A DNA stretch of 64,000 bases from Lingula anatina (Eukaryota > Animalia > Brachiopoda). This document shows, piece after piece, positions 26,501-39,900 of the stretch. The DNA is taken from assembly GCA_051362555.1 (NCBI GenBank), contig CM120649.1:11966001-12030000 (forward strand). The letters run 5' to 3'. The notes beneath the pieces are model-generated. The model saw nothing but the letters and a program-made list of their open reading frames with translations, had not been told where the DNA came from and searched no databases. The translations under genes and the position numbers were made by a program. How positions within the stretch are numbered: the stretch's first letter is position 1; the number at the start of each line of letters is the position of its first letter.

Positions 26501-29500
26501 AAATTGTCCTTTACCCCAGGAAAATCCATGTTTGGCAAATGAACAGTTGTTATCCCTTTAATCACTTGCTCTTTTGTGACAGATAAAATAGCCCCTTCTG
26601 AATAGCTTGTTACTTCAGATTGAAGTTAACTAAACATCTCCTTACAGAGCAGTACAATGCCATCTGCAATGGTCCAGATTTAATTGCTTCCATCTGGCCA
26701 AAAGTTACAGAGTGGCTGGTGGAAAATATGCCTATAATATCTGCAGCCCTGGTAAAGGGTACCCTCTACCAGGGCGACTGATAGATTTTTACGGATATTC
26801 ACAGATATGTCTCTAGCTAGATAGATTGTCATTTTAAGCTCAAGTCAAGTGACACCGTAAAAATCTATCAGTCGCCCTGGTAGAGGGTAGGTAGAGGGTA
26901 GGTTAATGAAGAATTACACAAGCACATTCATGTGTGGGATAATGTTGCTACAATATCTATTGCCATGTACATTAGCCATTGTTGTTATAATTTAACTTGT
27001 ACATAATTTGCCAAATTTTTTCCAATTGTTTACGTGCTATGTAATATGAATTCTGGATACTGATCAAAATGGATGCAAGGTGTGAACCAGTGTAATACCA
27101 GATTTTAATAATCAGTCTGATTGAATGGATAAATGGATTTTTGGTCAAAATGAACACTTATAATGACTTTAAGTGTTAAGTCTACCAAGAGTTGTGTAGG
27201 GTACTTACCTATGTGATGCAGAAATGGGGAAGTGCTGTCCATGGCAATGTACTTTTCACCCCCCAAAATGCTCACAAGCAGATTTTTCATATCATTTTTC
27301 CCTTGCCATATATAGTTATGTGCTACAAGTTTTGTAATTGCACACATGAAAGAAAAAAATATAATAAAAATAAATACTTTCAGTTACCTTTCTTTGCATA
27401 CCAATTTTACATTCCAAAATTTTAATGATGGGATTGAACATTTTTACTGAACATTGTAAAAATAAGTCTCATGACGTTTCACTTCAGTTTGGGAATCACT
27501 GATTTACATTTTGATAAAAGTCATGAGAGTACTTTCTCAATATTTTCAATGGGCAAAAATTATCAAAGTTTCAAACAAAAATTTTTATAACACATATATT
27601 TAATTTCTATATAGCATCTGTGGTGCTTAAGTGCATAGAACATGTACAGATCTACAGTGAAGCCTGCCTTTTGAATTTGTTGCTACCACTCAAAATAATA
27701 ATTTTAATTTTATGCCTGTACATGTAGTTTGGGGGGGGGGGGTTGAGATGCATCATACAAGCTGGGTAGGTCAAAGACACTTTTTTTTTAAAAATTTGTA
27801 AGCTTTGTATACACACCAATGTGAAAATGTACTTCAGAACCAGAGGTAAGCTTTATCCACATTACCTTGAAAACTCTTTTTATATGAACCAAGAAGCCAT
27901 GGGATTCTCAGCTCTGGGCACTCTAATACTGCGGCTCTGTTGATATTGAGCAATGCATTAAATCCTGCCAATATAATTGGGGTTTCATGGTGCTCCAAAA
28001 CTAAAAGATAATAATAAAACAAATAAATAAACTACACAACAAAGCTGCCAAACCAGAAATGTGGCAAAATTATATACCAAAGCTGTATTTCAAGGCTAAA
28101 AATCATTCCTTTAGTTTTGTGGATAATATGTGACACAATTTTCTTTTTATACTGCTTACTGTGGCAATGCACAAAAAATTTGGACGGGTACTTTTCTAGT
28201 ATATAACTAGAGGATCAGAGAGGCGATACCGCCTCCGGATATTGTACCACCAGCTGGAGTAAGCGCATTCGTATGGACCCCCCCCTCCAAAAAGGGACAC
28301 CATCACCAGTCTTGTGCTTGACAAGCTCTATAAGATGCAATCAACAAGAGTTCTAAAAATATGCAAAAAAATATAACTAAAAATGGTACAATCAAGCAGA
28401 TTTTCGATTTTTCCTACCCTTGATCACTCCTGTATTCTCTAGACAAAAGGCCTATTGGTTTTCCTTGAAATGTGTTGTCAATGGTGCATATATGCTGACA
28501 AAAGAGAAAACCTAGGGGCAACAATGGGCACATCTCTGCTAGTTTTAAAGATATGAGAGGCAAGAAAATATGCAAAGCTCAGTTCATGGTGAAAAAGTAG
28601 GTCAAAGGTCAATTTCAATATCATAATATATGAATTTCTTTGCCAATTTTGCAGATATAAAGGCCAGAAAACATGCAAAAAGCAGTTCATCATAAAAAGT
28701 AGGTCAAAGGTCAATTTCAAGGTCACAGATTGCTAGTGTATTACTTCCTATTCAAGTTCAATAGTAACTATGGACCTATCTCTGTCAGTTTTGGAGATAA
28801 AGGGGAAAGAAATTTGCAAAGTTCAGTTCGTACTAAAAAGAAGGTCAAAGGTCAATTTTAAGGTCACAGTAAATTGCCAGTATATGACTTCCTATTTAAG
28901 TTCAATAGTAACTATGGACCTATCTCTGCCAGTTTTGGAGATAAAAGGGAAAGAAAATTTGCAAAGTTCAATTCATGATGAAAAGTAGGTCAAAGGTCAA
29001 TTTCAAGGTCACACTTAGATTGCCAGCATATGACTTTCTATTCAAGTTCAATAGTAACTATGGACCTATCTCTGCCAGTTTTGGAGATAAAAGGGAAAGA
29101 AAATTTGCAAAGTTCAGTTCATGGTGAAAAGTAGGTCAAAGGTCAATTTAAAGGTCACAGTAAATTGCCTCTAATGACTTTCTATTCAAATTCAACAGTA
29201 ACTGTGGGTGTATCTTTGCCAGTTTTGGAGATAAAAGGGAACAAAAATTTGCAAAGTTCAGTTCATGGTGAAAAGTAGGTCAAAGGTCAATTTTAAGGTC
29301 ACTGTTAAATTGCCAGTATGTGACTTCCTATTCAGCTTTAATAGTAACTATGGACCTATCTCTGCCAGTTTTGGAGATATAAGGGAACGAAAATTTGCAA
29401 AGTTCAGTTCATGATGAAAAGTAGGCTAAAGGTCAATTTTAAGGTCACAGTAAATTGCCTCTAATGACTTCCTATTCAAGTTCAATAGTAACTATGGACC

Positions 29501-32500
29501 ACACTCTGCCAGTTTTGGAGATATAAGGGACTAAATGTTACAATTCTGAGTTACAATAATGTGCCACCACAATGTTCTTTTTAATACAGCATAACACGAA
29601 AACCGTATGGAATACAAAAAAACGGAGACCACTTCCAATGTTGGGCTTTACATGCTCTACAAAATGCAAAAAACAACAGGTCGCTAGCATTAACGGTTCC
29701 CGAATTAGAGACAGTTTTCAGTTTCAGTATCTTATGGCCGCTACTCCCGTGAAAATGCACCGATTGACCCCAAATTCACGGAGATGAAAGATGACCCGAA
29801 GGGTAACACTTTCCAATAATATTATTGGTTAAGTCTGTGTGGTGTCTGAATAACAGCGCAAATAATATTTTTTTTCGTAAAAAATTTCATTTTTTTGAAA
29901 ATTTTTTCCCCGTTTGATCTTGAAATAAAGGTCAAAGGTCAAATCCAAGGGCATATTTGAAATCTACACATATGACTTTTGGAAACCCATCTGTAGAAAT
30001 TTTTCCCATAATTCCTTCCGTAGGATAGATAATTGGCATTGAATTTTCAAAAATTTTGACAAGGGTGCATTTCAACGAGGGTCATGCCCAGGTCAATGCA
30101 CCGACTGAGACAAAAAAACCTGGGGGTTCAAGTTGAGGTTATATGTGACCTAAATCCAAGAGATGGGGACAGGGGTCCTTGCAGTCTAGGAGGAGAAGCG
30201 GTAACGGTGACTTGTATCCGGCGCCAGTACGCGGAGCCGGTGGAGCCAACGGAGCCGGAAGAGACGGGTCGGGACTAAAACCATGAGTACCGCCAGCATA
30301 CACACTGGCGGTACTAATAAGAGGAGAAAAGCTCATTTTGTTCCCTCTATCATTAAATGTGGAAAAGTGGATTAATGACAGCATTCAAATTATTTTCATG
30401 TAAGTTGCTGCTGTCGTGTAGATACTTCTCGGTATCTCTAGATTATGTTGGCATTACCTGCTAAAAAAATGTTTGAATTAAAGAATGTTAGCTTATTTCC
30501 ATTTAGTAGTCTACCAGCATATTTTCCAAACATGCCCAACTAATGCTATCTTTATCAAAATACATGAACTGGATGCTCATTTTGTAAATTTTGAGCTTAA
30601 AAAAAACTCCCTTTTCGCTATGTCTGGGAGTTAATGAGCTATGTGATCATGTGGTCCGGCCAGGGTTCTCCCCAGGATTTGAAAATAGCCCTTATTTTTT
30701 TTTACGCAAGAGTACCGAAGCTCGCGAAGCGAGGCACAAAGGGGGGGGGGGGGGGGGGGGGGAGCCGGGGATGTGCCCTCCGGAGGAAAAACTTTCATTA
30801 TTTCATGCAAAAAGGGTGCAATCCCATGCAATCTGAAGCTGTCATTAAATCGTTACGACATAGCCCACTTGCAGGACCAAATTTTGCGGGAAAATCAGGG
30901 CTAGACACTAACTTTTATGAGCACCTGTCCGAATTTCAATCCAACCTGTCCAATAAAACTAATATTTTTTCTATTCATACCATTGAACTTTATAAATAAA
31001 TATGTGTAGTCATACATTTAATGCATTTATTGCCAAGACATTAAATTAAATGAGCCGGAAAATGCACCTTAAAGTGGATTTATTTTCAGATAAAAAGTTG
31101 TTTTTTCATACTTGTGAACTCCTGAAGATTTAATCTTGCATATAAGTCTGATTTAACATTATAAAGTTTCAATCAGGGCTTCTCCTAGGATTTTGGGTAC
31201 AGGGTCTGCTAATTGTAAATCTGCAATTTGATAACAAATTCACATGAAGTTTAACCAAAGCAAAATATAAATACCCTGAGTGGCAGGTGGGGAGGGGGTA
31301 CTGTTAGATTAATTTTATTAAAATATTCAAAAGTTCAATGAAAAATTAAAGAATATTCTGCGGTGGCCCACAAGTGCACTCCAAATTCCAAACTTCACTC
31401 TCAATTCTTAAACCCCACTCCGAATTCGCAAACCTCACTCCGAATTCGTAAACCTCACTCCAAATTGAAAAAGCTCACTCTGAATTCGCAAACCTCACTC
31501 CGAATTCGTAAACCCCACTCCGAATTCGTAAACCTCACTCCGAATTGAAAAAGCTCACTCCGAATTCGCAAACCTCACTCCGAATTCGTAAACCCCACTC
31601 CGAATTCGTAAACCTCACTCCGAATTGAAAAAGCTCACTCCGAATTCGTAAACCTCACTCCGAATTCGTAAACCTCACTCCGAATTGAAAAAGCTCACTC
31701 CGAATTCGTAAACCTCACTCCGAATTCATATTTTAACCCCGTTCACTGCCGTATAAAGTCGGAAGTAATATTCTAAGATGGGCTAGGGGATTTTGCCAAC
31801 AGAGGGCTTCGTGTGAAAACTAGTTATTTTTCATACTACTTGGTGCGCTGTATTCCCATTCACAAAATGATGACGTAGACGTATGACCCTTTTAAGCTCA
31901 AGGAAATAGAAGAAATGAAGAAAATAGGGATAAACATACATGTACTTAACAGCAAGTCACAATTAAAATATATTATGTTTACGTGTTTTCTTGTGTGTGT
32001 CGTTTTAAGGAATTATACATGTATTATGAATATGAGAACAGAATTGAACAGAATTGAAACAGCGTTGGAAGGAACAGATTTATGCGCTACATGTATGTAA
32101 ATAAACGTGCGTTATTTATTATTTACAACTTCAAGCATTTTCACATGATTATTTTGAAATGAATGTTTAATACAGATAACATGTTTCAGGGTGTCGACAT
32201 TGGCTTATATTATTTATAAATGGGCAAAACAATCCGTATTATCATATACTGTAAGCCTACACATGTATCTGTTATATAACCGAGTATACTTGATAATAGT
32301 AATTAGTAGCCCCTCACTCTTTTGCAGCTGAAATATTCATCTAAGATCATAGATAATCTAATAATTGAAATTAATCAGATTAATTACACTTTATTAATCG
32401 ATTTCGAATGAATAACATGCAGTGGTGGATTGGGGGGGGGGGGAGGCGTGTGAGGGGGGTCTTGACCCCCCTTTTGAATTCTGTAAAAAAAAAAATCACA

Positions 32501-33813
32501 CCAATGTTAAAATTAGAATTTTGAATAATAGTTCTAAAACGTACCAAATAGCACTGTTCGCCCTATAAGGGGGGAGGGGGGGGGCAGCTCTGCACGTGCA
32601 GCCTGTCATTCCAAAAAAAAAAAAAAAATCAAAAAAAAAAACAACAGATCCCCCTTCAAATAATCCTGGATCCACCCCTGACATGTATGGATTATTAGTA
32701 GTATCAATCCTATGTTGAGAAAATTGGGAGCAGTGTCACTTAATTTGTCCGTTTATTTATAATGGTAAACCTGTAAATTGCTTCTTGCCCCCAATTAGTG
32801 TCCCTGGCAAGAGAGAGTGTGTGTATGTGTGTGTATGTGTGTGTGTGTAATTGTGAAAAATACTGAAAATAGCTGGAGAAGTCAATTGACCTTGTGACGT
32901 AAACTGTTGGTTTATTTTCGTAAGGTATGTATCACGCAAACCAAAATGTAACACAATTCGCACTGTTTGCTAAAACTCTCTCGAACCTTTCACTGGAAGC
33001 GCCCAGCTAAAAAAAAATTATTTGTCCCAGACGAATTACTGTTTCATAAGATTTCTCGAAGAGAACTTTGATGAGAATTGGCATAGTGGAATTTGGAGTG
33101 AGGTTTTTGAATTTGGAGTGAGGTTTGCGAATTCGGAGTGAGCTTTTTGAATTCGGAGTGAGGTTTACGAATTCGGAGTGAGGTTTGCGAATTCGGAGTG
33201 AGCTTTTTGAATTTGGAGTGAGGTTTACGAATTCGGAGTGAGGTTTGCAAATTCGGAGTGAGCTTTTTCAATTTGGAGTGAGGTTTACGAATTCGGAGTG
33301 AGGTTTGCGAATTAGGAGTGGGGTTTACGAATTCGGAGTGAGGTTTAAGAATTGAGAGTGAAGTTTAAGTATTCGGTGTGAGGTTTAGAATTGGGAGTGT
33401 CGTTTGGAATTTGGAGTGCACTTGTGGGCCACCGCACTATTCATCTTATAATACTTTACTTATATTTATGTTAACAATTTAACTTTTTAGGGGTTATCTT
33501 GTGTTTGATTTTCTTAAATATATGAGTTAAATAAAATCAGTATAAAAAAGTTCCCCTTTTTATTTAAATTCTCATATTTGTTATTACTAATTTCTTCCTT
33601 ACATCAATACCACACTGGTATATGACAGCAATGTTAATTTATCATATTCCAGCACTAAATTTTTAACTGTAAATAATATAGGTGATGATAAAGTCATTAA
33701 AGAAAACATCATACAAAATTTCAGGTTATATTTTGGCAAATAAACAATATTTCAACAAGATCTTCAGTCCCAAAGATTTCACGTTCTGTAGTGAGTAGAT
33801 AGCATACAACGTA

Positions 33814-33844
<31 letters not shown>

Positions 33845-33958
33845 GAAAAATTTCAGTATAAGAAAGTACATATACCCAAGTATGGTAAATGCACACTGCA
33901 CACTCACTCTCTCTCTCACACACACGAATACAAGTTTATAATCTCATGGACAATAGGT

Positions 33959-33990
<32 letters not shown>

Positions 33991-36900
33991 GATCGATACC
34001 ACAATGTATTCATCCATAACTACAACATATTATTAAACAAGCAAAAAGTGCAAAATATTAGTTTGCTGAAGCTAATTAAATTCAAACATGTCTGACCAAT
34101 TTTCCCATTTTTTTTCAAAGTTTGTTAAATTTAGCTTTTTTAATGCATTGAATTTTTCTATTATAAATTGATCCTTTATGTAATTTATGAGTGAAGAAAG
34201 ACGCATACATTCTTTCTTTTTGAAACTTTTGTAAATATAAAATTTCGTACAAAGAATAACAAAATTAATTGGGCTGTTTGGGTTTGTTGGATAGCCGAAA
34301 AGGATGCATTTTTCATTAAAGGTAATGTTTTTATTCGTTCTGTTAAAGATGTAAGCTTTCAGTTCTTCCCAAATTTTTTTACTATACGCGCATTGGAAGA
34401 AAGTATGCGAAATGTCTTCCCTTGCAACACCACAAAGAGAACAGACGTCATCGTTTTCAATCCCTATAGTTTTTAAATATGATTTAACAGGCAGGAGCCT
34501 ATGTATTATGCGGTATTGGAACCACTGCAGTTTGGTGTTCTTTGTTGTTTCGAAACAGTTCTTATAGACATCTTTCCAATGTACATCAAAATTTGACTTT
34601 GCGTTCCATTTTTTTTCATTTGTCATTCGTGTAGCTGGCTTGTAGAGAGTTTGATAAAAGTCTCTACAGCCTTTACTATGTTTGATAAGAAGCTCTACTG
34701 CTTGAGGCAAAAAAGGGTGAGAGGTGATCTCAAGAACATCGTTATGCGTTTTATTCATAAGCCTGTGCTTAATAGAGTTTCGTATACCATAAAATGTAAG
34801 CGCACAACAGTTTTGTAGGCTAAATTTTTGTTCAAATTCTTCCTTTGTTAAAATTCTGTTATTTTCAAGAAAATCGCTAACAATTTTGACGCCTTTGTTA
34901 AACCATTTTCTTATAAACACAGGCTTGCCCCCAATCTTAAAATTATCACTATACCAAATCGGCTCCACAGATATTATACTTTTTCTTTCTAGTAAGCGTG
35001 TTAACACTAATTTCCAGGAAACCAGAACATCTTTCCAAAAACAGTTACTACAATCCTTAATAAGCTTGTCTAGATACACATTCCCAAAAGTAAATATATA
35101 ACTTATTACATCTCGATCAAAAATAGCTTGGAGAAGTGGAGCATATATGTTGTCTGTCCGATAAATTCTTCTAATCCAAGTACATTTAAGAGAAGCAATA
35201 AAGTCAAATAAATCTAGCATCTTAAGACCACCTTGTTCATAATTACCAGTTATTACACTCCTTTTCACTTTTTCCGTCTTTTTGCCCCATATAAATTGAA
35301 AGAACATTGTGTTTAGTAATTTCATGTATGTTTCATCTGGATTGGGAAGGGAAATGAATAGGTGGTTTAACATGGGTACAACCAGGGTTTTCAGTACAGT
35401 GATTTTGCCAATGGGCGTCAAAGGTCTCCTTTCCCATTGTTGCAACATTCTTTTAATTTTTACGATGTATTGTTCAAAATTAGTTTTTATCATATCCTGC
35501 AAATTCAATGTAAATTCAATACCTAACAAATTAAAACTGTCATAAACCCAATTCATCTTCCATCTTACATGGTGAAACACCTCCTTGCTAAACTTTTTTG
35601 CGCCAATCCAAATTAGTTTAGTCTTACTCTTATTTATCGCCAAACCTGATATTTTTGAAAAGAAATCAAGTGTATTAAATGCTGCAAGAAATGAGAGTCT
35701 GCTGCCGTTGAGAATGAGGGTAGTGTCGTCAGCATATTGTGATATTCTAAATTCTGTATTCCCTATCTTTATACCAGTAATATCACTATTATTCTTGATC
35801 AGTAACGAAAGTATTTCAGCACATAAAATAAAAATGTACGGGGAGAGGGGGTCACCCTGACGGCATCCTCTCGAGATTCTGAAGTACTCGGATAAATGAC
35901 CGCACCAAGGAGTTATAACAGAAGGAGATTACACGCGTGGGGGCGGAGCCCGTATTACGGTCTCTCATTGGTCGGAATGAATAGAACCCAGAGAACAATG
36001 GATGTCGATCTCTGTTACGCTTAATTACTCTCGTTTAAATCTCGTTTGTTAGTATCTGTGCCTTCGTCTGTTGATTTTTGAGGACAGAAACAGAAACGGA
36101 GTCCCAAGTTTCTAAAAAATGAGAGAAATACAGAATTTATATGATAGTACGTTGGACAAGGTTTTCAAAAAACAGGTAAGTGCTTTTAAATGCATAACTA
36201 CAGGAAATATGAAGATAAATTGCAACTTTTATGTCGTAGGGTCTCACTGTGTAAGTGTCCAGCTACACGTTGATCTCGCGAGGTGGTGTGTGGAGAATAA
36301 ATATTGCACGAAAAATATTTCCCACTCATAACAAGTGCCTATAATTATAGTATCAGATGAAGAAAGTTTGGTCTTTATACAGTTACAATTGTTAAGTAAT
36401 TTGTGGCAATAGCAAAGAATAAAACTTAGGTGCACTTTCAGTAGCCGAATAACAAGCAGATGCTTAAGCCGCCATCTTGTTAATATTTCGAAAAAAAATT
36501 ACTCCAAAAGACATTTTCCTCCTACTTTTTGAAACTTGTGTCACATGACAGTCATAAAATTTAACTAATTATTATGTGTGCAACACACTTGCTTGAGCAG
36601 TATTGTTTATTTTTGCGATTTTACATGTGGTCTAGCTTGGATACGACAATTGACAATTTTCATGAGTTCCGATCAAAAAGTGTTACGCTTGTTACGGCCA
36701 AAAGCCTTACCGCTTTTTGTACTTTTCAAATGCAAGATTATAAAAAAATTTGGCGTGTTTAGATTCTTGAACATCTTGGTCGTGGCGTGGTATATATTGC
36801 ATGGATACTGCTCCAATATTTCTTGAAAAAAATAACCTGATTTGTTCAGAATACCAATTTTTTACTCTAGTGTTATGGGTAAATGTACCATTTTGGCCTT

Positions 36901-39900
36901 TACCTTTTTCATGTTTAAATCTAAAAAGACTTATCATGACAGTTGGTCATCATTTTTCTTCTCACCATGGTGGGTGGCTTTGGAGTGGTAACTTTGTTGT
37001 TAAAGTAAAGTGCTCAGTTTTTTTGACTGGAAAATTTTGCCTCCACCCAGCATTTTCCATCATGGCGGTCTAACAGGAAGTTTGACTTCACAGTGTCTTT
37101 GGTATAGTTATTTTTAACTTATTTAGTCTTCTTTTTACATATATATGTTTTAATTCATATTAAACCTTTGAAAAAAGAACACACATGAATACTGGTGCTT
37201 CTTAATTTAAAGTCTTAAGGTTTTAAGTTCACCTAGGCTCCACCAATTACTTTACCTGTTATCTCACTACACATCTCTCTTTGAGTCAAGGTGTGTAAGA
37301 CACACCTTATTGTGTAAGACACCTCTATAATTAAGGGGTACTTGCTTCTCTACTTAAATTATACTTCACTACTTTGGCATGTTAGGTGGCAAGCTTGGAT
37401 GTTTCAGTTCATTTTAAGAAAGAAGCTTTGCCTTGGTGGTTACAATAGAATAGAACTCTATTAAGGTTTATTCATTACTTGAAATTAAATATTTCATCTT
37501 GTAGTGTTGAAACAGAAATTCTCTCAAAATTGATAATGAATTTGACATGCATATCTTAACACTACTCAAGTTTTTTTTCTATTATAGATATGGGAGAAGG
37601 CTGCATTGAATATATGAATTATGGTCAGGCTGGAAAAAATTAAAATATGTCAATGAAAAAAGGAGGTCAGTGTGTCTGGGGTAAGTTACTTTTGTCATAA
37701 TGCCTAAGATGCATTAAACATTCACTAACAACTACCCTTTTTAATTTTTTTTTCAAAATACAACAACCTTGGGCATTTTCCTTTTAGCAACCAGCCTCTC
37801 TGAAATCCCCTTTTTGTCCTGTCAGAAGAGTAGGAACCAGGGCGGATTTAAATAATTTCTTGTAATAAGTACAATTTCTTTCAATTTCTTGGGGTTATTA
37901 GCTTGTGATCATGAATCTTGATGTTCTATATAAATTTAGTTGTAAAATATCTTTTATGTGGTGAACATTATTTCAGTCAAGTCATAACAAGACATATTAA
38001 ACTTCACTGCGTAATTCCATAATGTCTACATGGCTACTAGTAGTTCATAATGCTATTATTATGTTTTTTTTCTAACCTACAGGTTTCTCTCTTTTCTGAG
38101 TGGCATGGCATTAGCAAGGCAGAAGAAAAGGCCCTGAAGAAATTCTCACTTGAGTTGTCCTTTTTGGAGAAGAAACTGGATAAGACTGGCCAACAGAGAT
38201 TGCATTAAATTAATAGTGCTCCTTTATGACATTTTAAAATATAATCAGTCACCTAACTGACTCTATACATTGCAAAAGTGGACATAAATTTTATGTTACT
38301 GTTACGTGGAAAAAAATTCAAAACCTATATATAAATTGTTGAGTGCCATGGTATAACAGTCTACCTGATTGCCAGTGAAATTTCTGTTTCAGTGAAATTT
38401 CTTTAAAGCAGTCACTTACTGCTTACTTACCAGTTAATTTTTTCAGCTGTTACATTTTATAAATGTTCTTACTAAGTGTTGTCTTGATCTATAATAACCT
38501 TTTGAAAATCCCATGTTTTTTATCCTATTTGTAAGAATTAACCACTTTATCTTCTTGGATTTTTTTTTTTTCATTCGGCCCATTAGATTCTCAGACCTTG
38601 CTGGCCTGTAAGTGGAATAGTATCTGGCACAGACTGGTATCAGCAAGTCAGATAAAAAAGAATATAATTATTTCTACTTGCACGGTTGAAAAAAATGCCA
38701 TCATAGACTGCATAAAACTGGAAAACTGTAGCAACTTAATCATTCTTATGACTTCATTTATTACTGCTTATGTGTAAAATTTTTGTTTTTGTTCTTCTAT
38801 TGATATAATAAAATGGTTTTACTCACAGATGCTACTTTCATGAGTATAGAGTATAGAGTGCTTGAGTATAGAGTTGACTTAAAAGATATTTTAAGTTAAT
38901 ATAGTAAATAATAGTTTGAAATTCAATATTCTCATCTTTATTTGTTTCACTTTAAAGAGCTCAGTGAATACTAAAATTTCTGATATATTTTGTACATAAA
39001 TATATTTATGAATGAATAAAAATTATTCTTTATGTATAGCACTGTGCACTTGTTTACCGACAAATATGAACAGATTTTGTACGTGTCAAATAATCCTGAA
39101 AAAAAGGGAAATTTCCAAGATAAAGAAATTTATAACGAGTATTCAGTAAACTGACGTGTCGTGGCATTGCCTCAACCTTGGATTAAAATTTTAATTAAAT
39201 GCATTATAATATTAGAATTATACCGAGTGAGAGAAAAAATACTTTAAGAAATTTAAAACCAGACACAAAGCGTAGGCACTGTCACAATGTATATGTTTAT
39301 GGGACCCAAGGGCAGGAGGTTCCAAACGTTAATGTATTAATATTATGTCCTTTGGCAGTGAGGACAGACGTTCACTTGAATGTCATTTTCACAAACCACA
39401 GTTGGGACGTTTTCTTTTGACTTCTCCTTGGTGATTTTTCACCGGGTTGTGCCATAAAAAAGCCATCTATCACCGACTAAAAAAAGCTCATGGCGACCAT
39501 CCTCAGTCACCACCTTATAATCGCTTTCTATGATATCGTTCCCTTCCAGCACATCGTCCAAATAATTACCTGTGAAAAAAATCGTCAGCATACAGCGGCG
39601 CTTTGACATTACTGATCTCGAATTCTAACGCGAAATAACGCATATGAAATTTATCTCCAAGCTGAGGAGAGTGACGCAGACGAAACCTTGAGACCGGAGG
39701 CCCCCCGTAGCTAGCTCCGCCCACCGTAACAGACATCGGACAATAGAAAGGCTTGCGTGTAATCTCCTTCTGTTATAACTCCTTGACCGCACTGACTAAT
39801 GGAGGCTCTGCAGTCGAAATTTAATATCCCAAACCATTTTTTAATTGCGTCACCAAAATTAAAGAAATCCAGTACATTAATTATAAAATCCCAGTCAACC

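Noticed and set aside
31390-31730. CRISPR-like regular repeats
   Set aside because: Contiguous 20-bp tandem units with no unique spacers, inside a eukaryotic TIR element; no cas genes.
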